Shown: positions 42,169 through 57,849 of the stretch, in pieces
How the letters are laid out: each line of letters starts with the position of its first letter
How positions within the stretch are numbered: position 1 is the stretch's first letter
Position numbers and translations under genes: made by a program
DNA from: Daphnia carinata
Taxonomy: Eukaryota
Length of the DNA: 64,000 nt
NCBI RefSeq assembly: GCF_022539665.2
Contig: NC_081331.1
Coordinates: 12,958,001 to 13,022,000, forward strand
Direction: 5' to 3'
Notes under the pieces: generated by a model
Seen by the model: the letters and a program-made list of their open reading frames with translations, nothing else
Database searches by the model: none
What the model was told of the DNA's origin: nothing

Positions 42169-45146
42169 TCTTTCTTTAGATGGTCCGACTGTAGAGGCGG
42201 ACGTAGACCTTCTGGGGAAGATGGAATGAATGTCGGAAACAACTTGTGGGCTTGATGGCTCGGGTGAACAATCTTTGCGTCAAGCCAAGCCAAGTGAGAA
42301 ATTTCTAGAACCACTTTTTAGTGGGCTTGCTCAATGGCATTTACCAACCGCACATCTGAAATGGCGTACCGAATAATACTTACGCTTACTTCGCTCGGTA
42401 AGTTATGAACTGCAAATAATTAACTATTTAAAAAATAATTAGTCATGGGCGAATGTTAGGTGAAGGAATGCAAGACATCGGGTAGTGTTAAATTATTGGA
42501 ATTTAGTTCGAAGGATTTGTCCTGAATGGAGTATATCTGCAATCACGAGAAAAACAATCAAATGAGTAGTAGATTAATATATTCATTTGGCTGACAAATA
42601 AAAATATGAAGCCATTTTCTAAGACTAGAAACCTATGTGTTAAACCCAGTGAAACAAATCGCAACTTATAGAAGTGGAAGCTGATTATGAATAGAATCCA
42701 TAAGTCTATGGACCTAGCAGTTGGAAAGAAAAACAGTGATTGTAAAAAAAAATGTTTCTCCCTTGTCTCTTCACTCAAAAACTGTACTAACCGTCGTTGA
42801 ATTCACGTGGGTAACTGACACATTCAGTGTTATACGGCCAGTCACACTCGTTCGTGTTGACGTTCCAGATAAGCCCTTCCGGACAAGACATCACATATTG
42901 AAGACCGTTTGAGCAGGTAATGAAGGTCGTGCAGTTATGGTAATTGGGATAGACTCCATCTTCCGGGCAAATGTAAGCTTGTCCCTCAATTCCTAGGCAC
43001 AGAAAAAAGTAAATAAATATAAAAAAAGTATTGAACTAATCTAAAAATATATTTCCTATTCAGGTTTGTTTTATGTACACGTATAACAAGACAATGCTAC
43101 AGGTAGACATAATGCATTTCGCTGGATCAACCAAACAAACCATCGATGCGTATGTTGTGGTAGCTACGCATCACTTTTATTAAGTACAGATAGTACCCCA
43201 AAAAATCAACATACCTCGTGTATATACAGGCGTTGCTTGAATACTAGGAATCAAGGTAACAGCAATCAAGGTGATTAGTAAACACCTGAACAACATACTT
43301 GTTCCTTTTTTGTAAATAATAACCAGATACAATTTTTTGAACGGAATCTTTGCCGCTTGTGTCTATTCCTATATGTCACGCATATAAGAAGAGCAGGAGC
43401 ACCTAACATACGGCTATTTATGTGCTGAATCCCTCCTTTGGTAGCCCGATTAAATAGTTTCAAAAATACAAACAGATCGTAAGATAAGCAATTGCATGAT
43501 CAAATACAATCGCAATGCAGCTGCAAATGTCAGATAGGATATTATTAAGTCCACATGATACCAATCTCAGTTGAGTGTTTTGGCTAGTAATCTGTTGTAC
43601 TTTGACGTTATTAAATATTAATCTCAAGTGCAAGTTACATCCAGCAGAAATAAGGCCCTCAATCGTACGAATTGAAATTATATTTCAAATCGCCCGTACT
43701 TTGTGCAGTGGGAGAGGAAGAGAACATGACACCAAAGTTTATAAGAGTTAGCTGAACAAAGACACTACATAGGTTAGTATTGCATCAGTTTTTTTACGCC
43801 CCAACCTTCTGTACAATGATTGTCTACCCTCCAAAGTTCCCTAAATCCTTGCACGTGACCTGCAGGTGAAAGTTTAGAGTTATGGAACGGAAAATTCGAA
43901 AAGAGACGCAGCTCGTGTCTTTGAGAGAGGCGAAATCATTACCTCTCCCACCAAGAGGGGATTGTTTAGATTTGAATGGACTAGTTAAGTTTTTTATCCT
44001 GATCCACTGTAATCATAGTATCAATGACGCAAAGTAGGGTACTAAGGTTGTTTACTCGGCCATTCGAATAATCTCTGACTCGTGTGAACCGAACATGTGA
44101 TGCATACCAACAAATTGTTCAAACTGATTTTAAAAAGACGATCTAAAGCTATCAGGATACCTCAATTGGTTAGTGCTTTTCCACGTTTTTCACTTTCATT
44201 GACAGGTTGCTTCACTATCGCAGGCGACTTCGTCAGTTGGCCAACATGATTGCCATCATCCTTTATGAGTGCATTTCTAGCTTTTCGTAAGTTGGACGTG
44301 ATGGGTGATATGTGACGTAATACGTGTCTAAAAACAGTTGAGTGCTCACGTTGCCTGTTGCTTAAGATTGTGTCTTTTCAGAGTGAATATAGGCTTTATA
44401 TAAAATAATTTCCAAACACGTTTAACACAGTGAACTCGGCGTTGCTAATTGTAAGAGATAAAGCACTGCACAAGGCTCGCACTGAACAAGGTTTTTGTGC
44501 CTCCACCTCAACACGTGCGTTTGCAAATTATGAACGTTCAACGACTATCGCTGATCTTCTTTCAAAGTTCCAATACAGGCATAGCAAAAAGGAAGCCCCC
44601 ACTTATCAGGTAAGTTCAAAATGCTTATTGCGTGACATCTGAGATCTGACATGTTAATCGTTTACCCTTCTGAATATTTATTATTATTTTGCGTTACTAT
44701 GAACGTTGTAGAGTTTAGTGAATCTATGTAAGTTGTGATGGAAAAGAACCATCAACGGAATTAGAATTAATAAGAAAGTAATATTACGGTAAATGCCCCA
44801 TTTCAGGCGATTCTTGGGTTAATGTTATTTTATATTATTATATTTTTTATTGCCAGAGTGACTGTTTTCTCTTTTATCCTATTTAGGATTATTAAGTACC
44901 GCGACTTTGCGCTGGAACTTGTCTATCTCTGAGTCTCCAATACAATCGAAACACGCCCGTCCCCTATATCTACAGGACTAAAACAGTGAACATATCAGGA
45001 TGATAAGAGATGTATAGCAATAAATAAATCATACTCATTATCAACTACCTACTTGAACGGTGTAATATCAACATAATTTTTATTTAACATAAACTGTATT
45101 TGGGAACCTTGTTACAAAAAACTGCGAGCACATCATAATTATACAA

Positions 45147-48100
45147 TCAATCAAGGACCACTACGTCTGAATCGTCACCTGAATCCTTTCCAGGTGCTTT
45201 ATTCGTTTTTTCCAACGGTTTCTGGTTGGACAAATTGCGTGCAACGCCAATCTGGGAAGTTGACTGTGAAGAAGAGGCATTGGATAGAAACGGAGGGATT
45301 GGTGATGCTGACGTTACAGCTTTTAACGAAAGGGGAGGTGCTTGTGACGGAATTCCTTTTTTGTTCCCTTGAAATTTAGGAGCTGGTGTAAGTTTGGGTA
45401 GAGGAGCAATCGGATTAGACGACTGTTGATTCGATTTGTTAACGACTAAATCAATTGGCCCCGTTTGCGCTTTACTCGTGTGTTTTGCATGGCTCGCACT
45501 GTTTGGTTTCACCAACAAAGACATTGACGATGGAAGATTTTGAAGAACAGAAAATGCAATGTTATGCGGATCTGATCTTCCAATGCTCGACGCATGTGCG
45601 ATCTGTTGAGAAGTAGATGCAACTCCCGCATAACTATGAGGAGAGGGTTGCGAAAAATGCGACTGTTTCACTCTACCAGTTGACGAAGAAGAACCAAGAA
45701 AAGCCGATTGAGAGACGATGGGCTTCGCGGATGCCGACGTTGCCGTTACGGTAATATCGCGACCTAAACTGATGTTTGGGAACGGAGGAGCTGTTGGCTC
45801 CTTATGTCCCATTGGCTTACTGGACGAAGGCTTCGATGGATAAGGTGGTGGATGCAAGTCTGAACTAACTTTGGGAGTTTTGCCACGACTGGACGACGAA
45901 CTATCTTTTGTTTTTGGTTCCATTTTTCCTAAACGTCCCATATCAAAAGCTGGAGAAAATCCAGCGATCAGCTTGCTAACATCTATTGTTGGAGCCGTCA
46001 TTGCCTTTTTATGCGGCCTTCCACTGCTATGAGATGATGGATGTGATTTCTTTTTGTGGGCTTCAGCTGAGTGTACAGATTTGTGCTGCATGTTAGGATC
46101 CTGTTGATTTAATTGTCTCATCATCGAGCTATCAAACAGCGGCGGTGGAAGCTTGAAATCATTCGGGAATTTTGCCGCAGAACTCGTTCGGTTTTCCGTA
46201 CTTTTCCCACTAGGTTTACTCCCTTCCGTAGAATCACTCCGTCTCATGAAATCTAAGGGTTTATTTCGAGTGCTTGAATCTGGCGTAGATGTTCGAGTGG
46301 TATTAGCCATACCAGAGCCCGAAGCTTCACCCGTGCCACTTAAATTGGTCTTACTTTCCGTTGAACCAGAATACGTTTTCGAAGAATGTCGACTGGACGA
46401 AGATTTGCGATTTCCACGACCACGCCCCCTCTGACTTGCGAAATAAGGAGGAGTCATATTAGACAAAACATATGATTGCGCTAGAGAGGCTTGCATCCAG
46501 TTGGCCAACTGTTGCTGATAGTCTTGTTGCATTTTTGACATCGATGATGCATCCGCACCACCCATAGGCCCTCCAATGCCAAACATACTCATTGGATTCA
46601 GATAGGGATTAGAAAACATGGATAAAAGCGCTGGATCCATCATTCCCAGTCCAGCTAAGCTTGCTGGCGTAGACGAAGCCCCGCCTACCGATGCCAGTGA
46701 ATGTAAAAGCGGATTGTACATGCTAGACGTTTGCAGTACTGGTTGAGAGGTACTTGCGACAGCAGCGGGGGCAGTTGGCGGTACAGGTTTTGGAGTAGAA
46801 GATTCTTTTTTCGGTACCGGACGGGGAGAAGGAGCAGCCGGGGCAGGAGTATCGGCGGATGCTTTATCTCCAGTTGGATTAGAAAATAAAGCCAGCAAAT
46901 TTGAAATGCCAGGGATGTTTTTCAGATGTTGAGGCAAGTTATTAATGGAACCTCCTGCTGATTGCAATAGCTTCATAGCCTCTTGCATGACGTTTGCAGA
47001 ATTTTGCCCCGAAGATGAGCTAGGCGCAGTCTGGACGGGTAGGGTACTTGTGTTGATAAGATCTTTTACGGTGGGCCTACTTACACCAGGTGGTCTACCT
47101 CTTCGGCTAGTTGTGTACGCTCTCTTTCCTCGGGATGACACAACACCCAGAGACGATGCCATGCCTCCTCGAACTCCACCCACTCTAGCTCTTGATTGCG
47201 CTTGTTTATTCCGGCAGAAAGCCAAGGCTTGCTCCATCATATTGGTGTCACTCTCATTCTGATCTCTGGCACCTCGATAGATTTTGAAACCTTCGATCAG
47301 TAATGCTCCGAAAATAACCTCTTGACCAGGAAGATTGCGTTCGATGCGATCATAGGCACGAAACGTGTCCATTAACAGTGATAGCTTCTTCGACGAACTT
47401 GGCGATCCCTATAACGAACAAATGCAAATAAGAAATGTACTATTAAAAAACAATGTACATGGAAAAATGAAACAACCTGCTGTGGCGATGGGTGCTTCGG
47501 GTCATCACTTCCGGAAAGCATGACGTTGGCGGAATCTCTGACTTCCTGTAAACGACTACGTAAAACTTGTCCCATCAAACTCAGAGCAAGGCTGGCATGT
47601 TGCTCCCGTTCCGAATCGAATAAATATTTCTTGTCTGGCTCCGGTTCAGGTTGAAGGGCCAACGCAAGTTCCATTAATAATCGATGATCACGCGTCTCAC
47701 GTAAAACATCTAATAGCAGGGCTGCACTACGTCCCATGTGCGAAGCGAAGCATCCGGGACGGTCGATTTCGTTAATAGGAATTCGCCAAATTCCATGAAA
47801 GAAATTGTTCGATCTGGAAAAATAACGAAAAACAATCACCATTGTTATCAAGATTATGTGCTTCCTACAATAGAATATACATACCTCCATTCTGTGAATA
47901 GCCCTGCAACTCCTGTTGGAAGATGTCTGGCTTGTGCGACTCCTTGTTGCTGTTGAAGCTGAGCAATGGAAGCCGAGATTGGACGGCCAAAAAGTAATTC
48001 CCGACATGCATCGATGTTACGATTCACTTTGGAATGGTAGTAATAGTGGGCAAGTCTGTAAAGACCTTTGTAGAAATGCGGAAATCGTCCAACACATTCT

Positions 48101-51100
48101 TTAATAGCTGCCAGACATATATCGACCATTGCTTGTAAGTCCGGGACAGGTTCATCTCCGTGTGGGTTGATCTGTGCATAATGAGGAGATGAATTAACAT
48201 TTCAGCTTGCAACAAAAGCAAAAAATTATACCGTGCTCTGATTTTCAATTTCTTTTTCATCTTTTTTTTCGTCGGATGAATCAGATGAAGAACTTGAGTC
48301 ACTATCAGAATCAGAATCGCTAGAATCATCGCTAGATGAGGAAGAAGAGCTTTCGTTGGTTTGAGATTGTGTAGGCAATTCACTAATTGATTTGGATGGC
48401 TCGATATCCATTTCTACATCTTTGCACGTTTCAGAAGCTTTTAATATGGATGTGTCTTTTTCTCCCTCAGATAGGACAGGCAGTTCCAATAACACATCGT
48501 TTTTCACAGCATCACTATTGAATATATATGGAGTTATTAAAAGAAGATACTTGCGGCTATTAAGATGCTCTGTTATCCTAAAAACAGATAAGAATCGTGC
48601 ATGACATGAAACTCGCTTACCTTTTAGGTTTGGCAATTCGAATAGCCTGATCAAGGATTTCGTTGAGAATAATAGAAACATCGTAAATTGTAGCCGCTCG
48701 ACCTTCTAGCTTAACTTCTGGTTCTACAGGTAAAAAAAAACGTGAAAAATAGAATAACAGCAATTTACATTAGCTGCGAAAGATAATACCTGGCTCAGCA
48801 TTAGTTTTCTTGGTCGGCTTCTCTTCTTCATGTTTCGAAGCTTTCCGTTTCTTCGTTTCTTTTTCTTGAATCTCTTCCTTTTGCTCAATGGAGACCCTTC
48901 GACCACCGTGGGCGAATGCTCCACTTGAAGCCATTTGTAATTGCTTGGAAATTCCAAAGTAGGCAGCGATATCTTGAGGTCTCCCTTCTAAACTCATCAA
49001 AGTCTTTAAACAGTGGCTGTGAATGCGGTAATGGATTTCCAGGGCTTCAACGCTGAGCTGCGGGGGTGTATTGTACGGAATACGTCGAGGGTAGGACGCG
49101 GATGATTCTTCTAACAACTGAGCGGCACGTTGATAGTGTTCGATAAGTTCACTGAATGGTTTCGAACGTTTTTCCGCAACTTTGCCAAGCATATAATGGT
49201 GAAGCCAACGTTCATCCTGATCGTCTCCCGTTCCTTTTTCCATTGCGGTCAACGAGGCTTTATCAGCAGCAATGAAACAGTCTCGGGCAATGTCAAGCAT
49301 TCGTTCTTTTTCTTTCTCAAGACGCTCAAACATCTCAATACTCAAGGAATCCGTTTCGTTACGAAGCAGCTGAGAACAGAATGAGTGCAGCATGTAAGCC
49401 GTAGATCCTTGTTCGATCCACAAAGTAGTTTGCAACGGGCGTAGGACGAGAGCACGCCTGTATAGAGAAAAAACATTAACGAAGCGAACTAACGAAATTG
49501 GAGTGGATAAACATTACCGAAAGCAACGCAGCGCTGCCTCAGCTCGATCGAGAAATGTTGCTAGATTCTTCAGTCGTTCGCACGAATTTAATTTCGTTTC
49601 TAATCTACTTGCGATTGCAAGCGCGACAGCTGCCCAAGAATCAAAACGGTCGGGTACCAATGCCAAATCAAGAATATAGTTTTCGATGGCTTTAGCCCAC
49701 TCTTTATTTTTGAAGTAATAATCTCCCAGTAAATAATAAACGTTTTCAACTTCTTGAGGCACACCGCTGTGGTTTAAATATTTAGGTATATCCGGCCGTT
49801 GTCCCTATGACATGTAAGGTAATTTTTTTAAATACAAGCACATTTTATAACATGTAAGAGTTCCATTACTTGTATAAAACTTTGGATATCTTCCAGTCTA
49901 TTTCGTGGATCCAGCTCGGGTGGGATTAAACTAGAGACTTTTTGGAGCAACATCTCTTGTTCAGCGTTTGAAGTAGGTTTAACTGTATCAAACTCTGGGA
50001 GATCTTGACGGACGGGAAGGAAAAATTCTGCCAGCAGCAATACCCGGTTCCATGTTAAGGAAACTGGTGCAACCGAATGATCTGCCAAAGATCTAGTTTT
50101 TGATTTTTTGTTTGTCGGATAGCCAAGCGCGCAGAAAGAGGCTTGTTCAATAGCCCTTCCTAACTCTTCTCGATCTTCATAGTCTTGCGTTACCCGACGT
50201 TTCTTCATCAATACCTATAAGATCCAATGCTTTCAAAATGTAAAATATGTCTAATTTTTTAACAGATTGAACTATTTCACCTCAAGAAGATAAAGGGCGA
50301 AAACGCCACCTTCTAGCATACACCAGGAGTGCTTTCCAAGAAGATCATGTGCCGAAAGAAGGAAAAGGATTGAGCATGGTAACGCTTCATCAAGTTCTTC
50401 TTCAGATTCATTTTGCGTAGCTTCCAAAGCGTTTTGAGCGGTCCTTTCCTCTTTCTTCACTAAGGCAATACGTTGTTCCTCAAACTCAATGACTCGATGT
50501 AAAAGAACCCAAAATACTGGAGAGCCCAATGGCATTTTAGAAGATGTGTCTGGAGCTTCAAGCTGATGAGAACAAATGAGGACTAAATTTTCTGCAAAGC
50601 GAACTAACGCCCGACGACTAAGCACACTTAAAGATGTCCGCTTAAATCGCAAGATTTCTTCAATTTCTGTTGAAATTTTCTCAATAACTTTAGACCAGTC
50701 TGAGGCAGCCAGACCTCCCACAGGCTGATCGGTCGTGGCGCCTTCTTCAACATTCTTCCGGTTGTAAGCTTCTAGGTATTGCGACGTTGATTCATCTAAA
50801 GACTTTTCACTCCAAACCAGATAATCGTCGAAATCTTCGAGCGCAGATAGCCCTTCCAGTAACATATTTATCTGAGTGGGTCTATCTACTGGAACTCGGT
50901 ACTTATGGTTACTAAGGGGGCCAAAAGAAACAATATTGTAATAATAAATTTAAAAAGATTAACGGAAGCAATAAATTAACTATTAGGCTTACCAGGATTC
51001 CGATTCAGAAGTGATAAAAGTTGCCTTCAAAATATTTACAAGCTGTTTAAATTTCTTATTTTCGTATAGTTTAACCACATCTTTAAGTTGCAAGGTTCTA

Positions 51101-53790
51101 AAAAGAACTTCTCCCATTTCACTGCAATCAGAAGTATTCAGAATGATAGGTTTATCAACCGAATGAGTAACAACGGATGACAAAGTGAGCGACTGAGGGA
51201 CTCCACGGATTTGTGGTTTAAAACAGTTGTTTACCTATGAGTCAAGAATAATTTTATAAAAGGAACTATAAATGAATGCGTAGGGAAATTACCATCTGCA
51301 AATAGTTTAAGGCAACTTCGACATTGCCATTCTGAAAATGCCAATTACAATGAAGCCAGAAAACCCTAGCTTGAAAACTTTTGGAATGTGTTGCTTGGGT
51401 ATCTATTGGATCGGCACACTGGAACAAAAACATCAAATCCTCGATGAACCAGGAAGGAATTTGCATATTCGGATCATTTTTCTGACATGAAACCAAAATT
51501 TCAGCGTGGATCAGTGCTTCGAAATCGCTAAATTCATCGTGCGATTTATTTTCTTGATGGAATATGTCGGAGACCGGGAGGCCATTTCTTATATAAAATA
51601 TATGGTATTATTCATAAATGTAGGTTGATAATAATAGTAAAGAATAATAAAATACGAGGAGTTACCTAACAATTTGGTATGCATCTTTAAATACGTTGCT
51701 AAGTTCCCTAGGCCACAGGAAATCATTTAGTTGTGTTACACACGTACAAAATCTTTCGAGCATTTCCACTATTCTCATTTTGGATTCCTGAGCCTCATGA
51801 ATAAACGCTGATACGGTTTTTTGTTCTTCGGAAAATGGAATAGCATCAGGTACACGATCACAAATTTTGAGGGTTGGCTTTCCTGTGTGGTCAGTTTTTG
51901 CTTCCTTTGACGCATCAAAGTTTTCATCCAAACTGGAAACAAAAAAAAAAAAAAAAGGAAACGAAATCAGTTCCAACACTGAAGATGCATGTGGTTCTAC
52001 CAGACTTACAGTAAACAGGTGGGTAAGAAACTCCTCAGCTCAGCTCGAAGACTGTATATATCTTCTTCTACTTGCTGTGCATAGGCGCGTGAACGAGTAG
52101 ACCTCCTCTGAATCTCTTTTTCAGATACTGATATTCCGTTTTCCACTGATCGCTTTCTTTTCCTGCTTTCTGGTTTCGTTACTGGCTCCACTTTTAAGGC
52201 TGGATCCAATGGACAGTCGACATCAGATTTGGCGACCTCTTCCAAAACTGAATTTTGCCTTGAAAGCTCTTTAGCATGAGGTGCATCATCAACATGAGAG
52301 GCGTCTTTTTCGGCTACAGCATGTGTCTGAATATCATTACACTCCATCATTTCAACGCTGCTTGGCAATGACGCTGGATTAACTGAAATTTTTTCGATTT
52401 CTTCCTTTTCTTTTGGCAGCTCAAGTTCTATCGGGCAGCTCATTTTCTTTTAATGAAAATAGTTAGCAAGGTTTAACATGAAATTCAAGTTGACTTAGAG
52501 ACCAAAGTTCTTTTTACCATTGGTTTGTTGTTCTCTGACATGGATTTGTAAGTAGCAAGCAAGCTCTCTCCAACAGCTATCCATGTTAACGATTCAATTT
52601 TTTTCGCCAATGGCATTCCAGGTAAAACCACTTCTGTATAAAGTCCGCCAACATCTTGGCGAAGCCTTTCAGCTTCCTCCATAAATTCCTTCTTTTCTTC
52701 TTCACTATACGGGCAAGTTTCAAACAAATGGACCCTGGCGAAATCCACGTCAATGCGTCGTAAACGTTAGAAACGTTAACTATTTCAGAAGTGAAAGGTA
52801 AATACCATTTTTCCTTGAACATTCGTTCAACATCCTCTCTGAATGATGGCGAGACTTGAAAAATAGAATCCCTCAGTATAAGTCCTCTTGTGTAGAAGGC
52901 GTCTTTCCCTAGCGCTATATTGATGTAATGAAGGCAAGAAATATCGTCACCTAATCCAAAAAGAACGCTGATAATTCCATCAAGGCAAGGCCAATGATTG
53001 GGACTGCACGCCAAACCCTATGGAGTGAGGAACATTTAGAAATAGCGTTGGATAACAGTTTATGGTCTAACTACCTGAAGGAAGGCATGTCGCGCAAGCT
53101 GAAAATTTTTTAAGGTCATTGAAATTTTCCCAATATTATGCCATACAGTAACATCAAGCGAATCCACTTCTACAGCCTTTGAGCACAAATGAAATTGTTT
53201 AATTATTCTTAATCTTAGTTTTTAAGTAAAATTTCCTTTTCTTTATTTTAGATGAAATGTGCTTTTTACCTCAAGATATGCTTCAAGAGCTTCATCAAAA
53301 TTTCCTTTGGAAGCACATAAGGCTCCAATGTTTTTTAAACAAGCATATTTAATTTGAAGACAAGATGACAACGTAGCTAGGTCTCTATTGCCTTCATCTT
53401 CCTTTTCATCCACGGAAGCCTAATGTTTTGAACAACTGTTAGAAAAATTGCAAATAGAAATTATTTGAAAATGGAATTACATTTTCAATGCAAGACAAAG
53501 CCAGTGTTTGATGGAAAAGCTTGAGGGCAGCATCCAGTTCATTTTTCTGCCTGAGATCTAGCGCTTCTTTGTACAAATTCAAAGATTCAGCCTCCTAGGA
53601 AAATAATAAGCATACAGGTTTAATGGCACACTTGGAGCTTCAATGCCTACTTGTTCTTCATGTAATTTTAGCACCATAAGGTGTAGTGCCAAATTTTACT
53701 TACTTCTACTTCTTTCGTTGGTACCAGAGGCTCATCAACTCCAGAACTTTCCTCCGAAAGTTCTTCGTTTAATGCGGAAATCCTCAACAT
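45147..53790 (-). CDS. CABIN1: Calcineurin-binding protein cabin-1 (HIRA/UBN1/CABIN1 H3.3 chaperone subunit)
   Basis: Starts MLRISALNEE...TKEVE|EAESLNLYKEALDL (exons 53790-53704, 53594-53481, 53419-53270, 53176-53075, 53017-52806 and more). Cabin1 TPR-region motifs: CSPNHWPCLDGIISVLFGLGD, LLSAHDLLGKHSWC, YYLLGDYYFKNKEWAKAIENYILDL..PDRFDSWA, LWIEQGSTAYMLHSFCS, DERWLHHYMLGKVAEK, LEIHYRIH, RFPHFYKGLYRLA, NNFFHGIWRIPINEIDRPGCFASHMGRS. The large low-complexity last exon is about 47408-45147. Not all internal junctions were resolved. Confidence 0.92.
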
Positions 53791-54200
53791 TCCGTGCTAA
53801 AAATTTTAGTATGCCATTGAATGTTTTCCATACATTTGTTCTATACATGAATAAATTCGTTGTATATTAAATTACATAGAAGTACCGCACAACCTTCTTA
53901 CTATGCAGATTAAGTAGATGCAAAAATATATTCAGAAATATGTTTTTTCAGATGCATCAGTCGGAACCATAATCTACAATCCCAGACGCCAACAAATATT
54001 TTCAAAGCCTGAAAAACAGCAGACGACAGCTGTAAGTTTCCTGTTCAAAGAAAAACAAATGAGCAACGTAAGCCTTCATTTCCTTTGCGGTTTGCTGTCT
54101 GCTAGCTTCAATTCGATTCACTCAATCGAAATTCGCTGTGTAATAGGGTGACTGGCTCTGATACAAATTAAGAGTTTCGTTTAGTTAAATTGTATTGAAA
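53791..54200. promoter_or_regulatory. Shared divergent (bidirectional) promoter region of CABIN1 and ETFA
   Basis: The start codons at 53790 (-) and 54201 (+) face away from each other with only 410 nt between them. Confidence 0.65.
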
Positions 54201-55641
<1,441 letters not shown>

Positions 55642-57849
55642 AAATCTTCGAAGATTGTTCCTGCTGGTTAGAAAGAATACCAACAATAAAAACAATGCAA
55701 ATGTGTATGGAATATGGGATTAAAGAAACAAAAAAATATATAGATAGTGTCCTTCTATTTTTAAAGATCAGAGAACATATTGTCCAAAAAGCAGACTTTT
55801 AATCTCATCAATTATCAAGCAAGTTCGTCAAGTTCACTCGTCAGATAACCCATATCCAGACGATGACAGTTACATACAAGTGTTCATGTATGCATCGTGA
55901 GCCGTTCAGAAAATCAGATTAGAACTCCTCGATGTCTAAAACGTATCAAATGAATGATGTACCGAATAATGAGGTGTATTGTTCACTGGAACAAGCAGAT
56001 AAAGAACGTGGGGAGGGGGATGTCTGGGACTAACGAAGGCGATAAATAAACAGCAAAACGACATTCATTAGACGAGAAAACCATCAGACTAACATACGGG
56101 TCTGCATAGGGTTTCAGTAGTTCTATCACAATTAAGGAACGCCGCGACGAGTCGCAGATAGCCTTAGATATCACAACCCATTAAGGCGGAGGACGATTTA
56201 GCGCACTCTCATTGCCCTCATGGTTTTTCTTTTTCATCTTCATTTCTTTCAATCCTTTCTTTGCTGCACATGTGTGACATGCTGCTGCTCCTTAAAGTCC
56301 AAGTGTCTCTCACTTAGTCGAGATCGCACGACTTTCATTTTGACAATGACTGTACGATGCGGGCTTCCAAAGCTGAGGTGGATGGTCCCTGCTAGGTTGT
56401 TGTACAGCAGCCAGGACCCCAATCTTCCACTGAAGAACGTGACAACAGGCGACTACCCTTGGCGAGAGCAGAGCTCTAGCTAATTCACGAAGCGCAATAC
56501 AGTTGCAAGCTGTCGCACACCACGGCCGTGCCTTTCTTTTTGCTAAGGATCGTATACAAAAAAAAAATTCTAACATCACGTTTTTTCACAAGCAAAATAA
56601 CAGCACGGATTTAGCAAGTTAATGTGTATAGATCTCGGCGTTTTATGAGTCTATTTTTGAAAGTATGTTGGGATTCTTTATTTCCTGCGGATTTGAAGCG
56701 TATCAAGAGCCTGCCATTCGTGTCTCATCTGTTGATGACAATGACTCGTTGGTTGGGATAATGGAGCTCTTTTCAGCATGCGGGACAGCCGCCGTGTTCT
56801 TCCTACTTCTTCGTGGGTCGCCTGCTCGTTTCCGTCCGTCGAATTAGCGCTCTCAAACACCATTCGCCCTCTCCTGTGGAAAATCAATAACGAAAAGAGA
56901 CACTCGCCAGAGCGCAGTAGAGCACTGGTGCTTCGCCCGCACGCTCCCGATCCGCTGCACAGCCTTAAAGCAAGTCTCCACCATCCATATGAAAGACAAA
57001 ATTGCAATATAAGCAAGCAGAAATAAATCAAAGAAAACAAAATAAGCTCCAAAAAGTTTTTTGCAGCGCTCAACGGTACGAATCGCAACAGCGTTGCACG
57101 CTCCCACCATCTAGCAGCTCGTAAATCATGGAGAGAACAGCAAAACGAAAAAAACTTGGAATAAAAAGTGAGTCATTATTTGGAATAAAAATGTTCCCAT
57201 GGTACTCAAGGTACTAGGCAAAGTAGGTACAAAAGATTAGTTTTCAATACAGCGGATCAACGCGACGAAAAGATGAAACGAGATCCAAAAGCTGCTAGAG
57301 AAAGTAAAAGATGAAAATAAGGGATTTATTCCTCGTATTCGTCAACACATTTTCCTTATCTTTTTTTTTCACGCGTAAATTATGTATTCACTGAACAATC
57401 CTGCGTGAAGATTGTTATGCCTATCCGACAATGTTCTACGTCCATCGGTTTCGCGGATGATTTATCGCTTCAGTTTCCGAGTGGCCGGCCCTATCGATTC
57501 TTGTTTCGGTGCCGTACGGGTTTACATGCTTGATGATATATAATAATAGGGCAAGAAGACAAGACGGAAAATGTATTGTACACGGTTCACAAAAAGAAAA
57601 AAAAATCAAATAGTTCTCCTCTATTAGAATCCGTCCGGAAGTGATTTCGACCGGAGGAATGAATTGCGTCACTAGCGCAGATATCCTGAAAGGCCTCCTA
57701 CAACCATCTTCTGAGCGCCTTTAATACTTTTACTTTTTATGATCCTTTAATTCACTACAACGATAAAGCAGAACAATTGAACATGAAGTAATTCAATCGC
57801 TCCCACTGAAAAGCCAATAAGCTTTGGACTCTTCTGTCGACGTGAGTTG

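Noticed and set aside
45194..52100. + strand ORFs overlapping CABIN1
   Set aside because: They are antisense shadows of the real coding exons.
56220..57110. Moderately GC-rich stretch with overlapping 80-136 aa ORFs and an acceptor-like site
   Set aside because: I could not build a coherent spliced frame or recognise any protein similarity; BLASTX would be needed.
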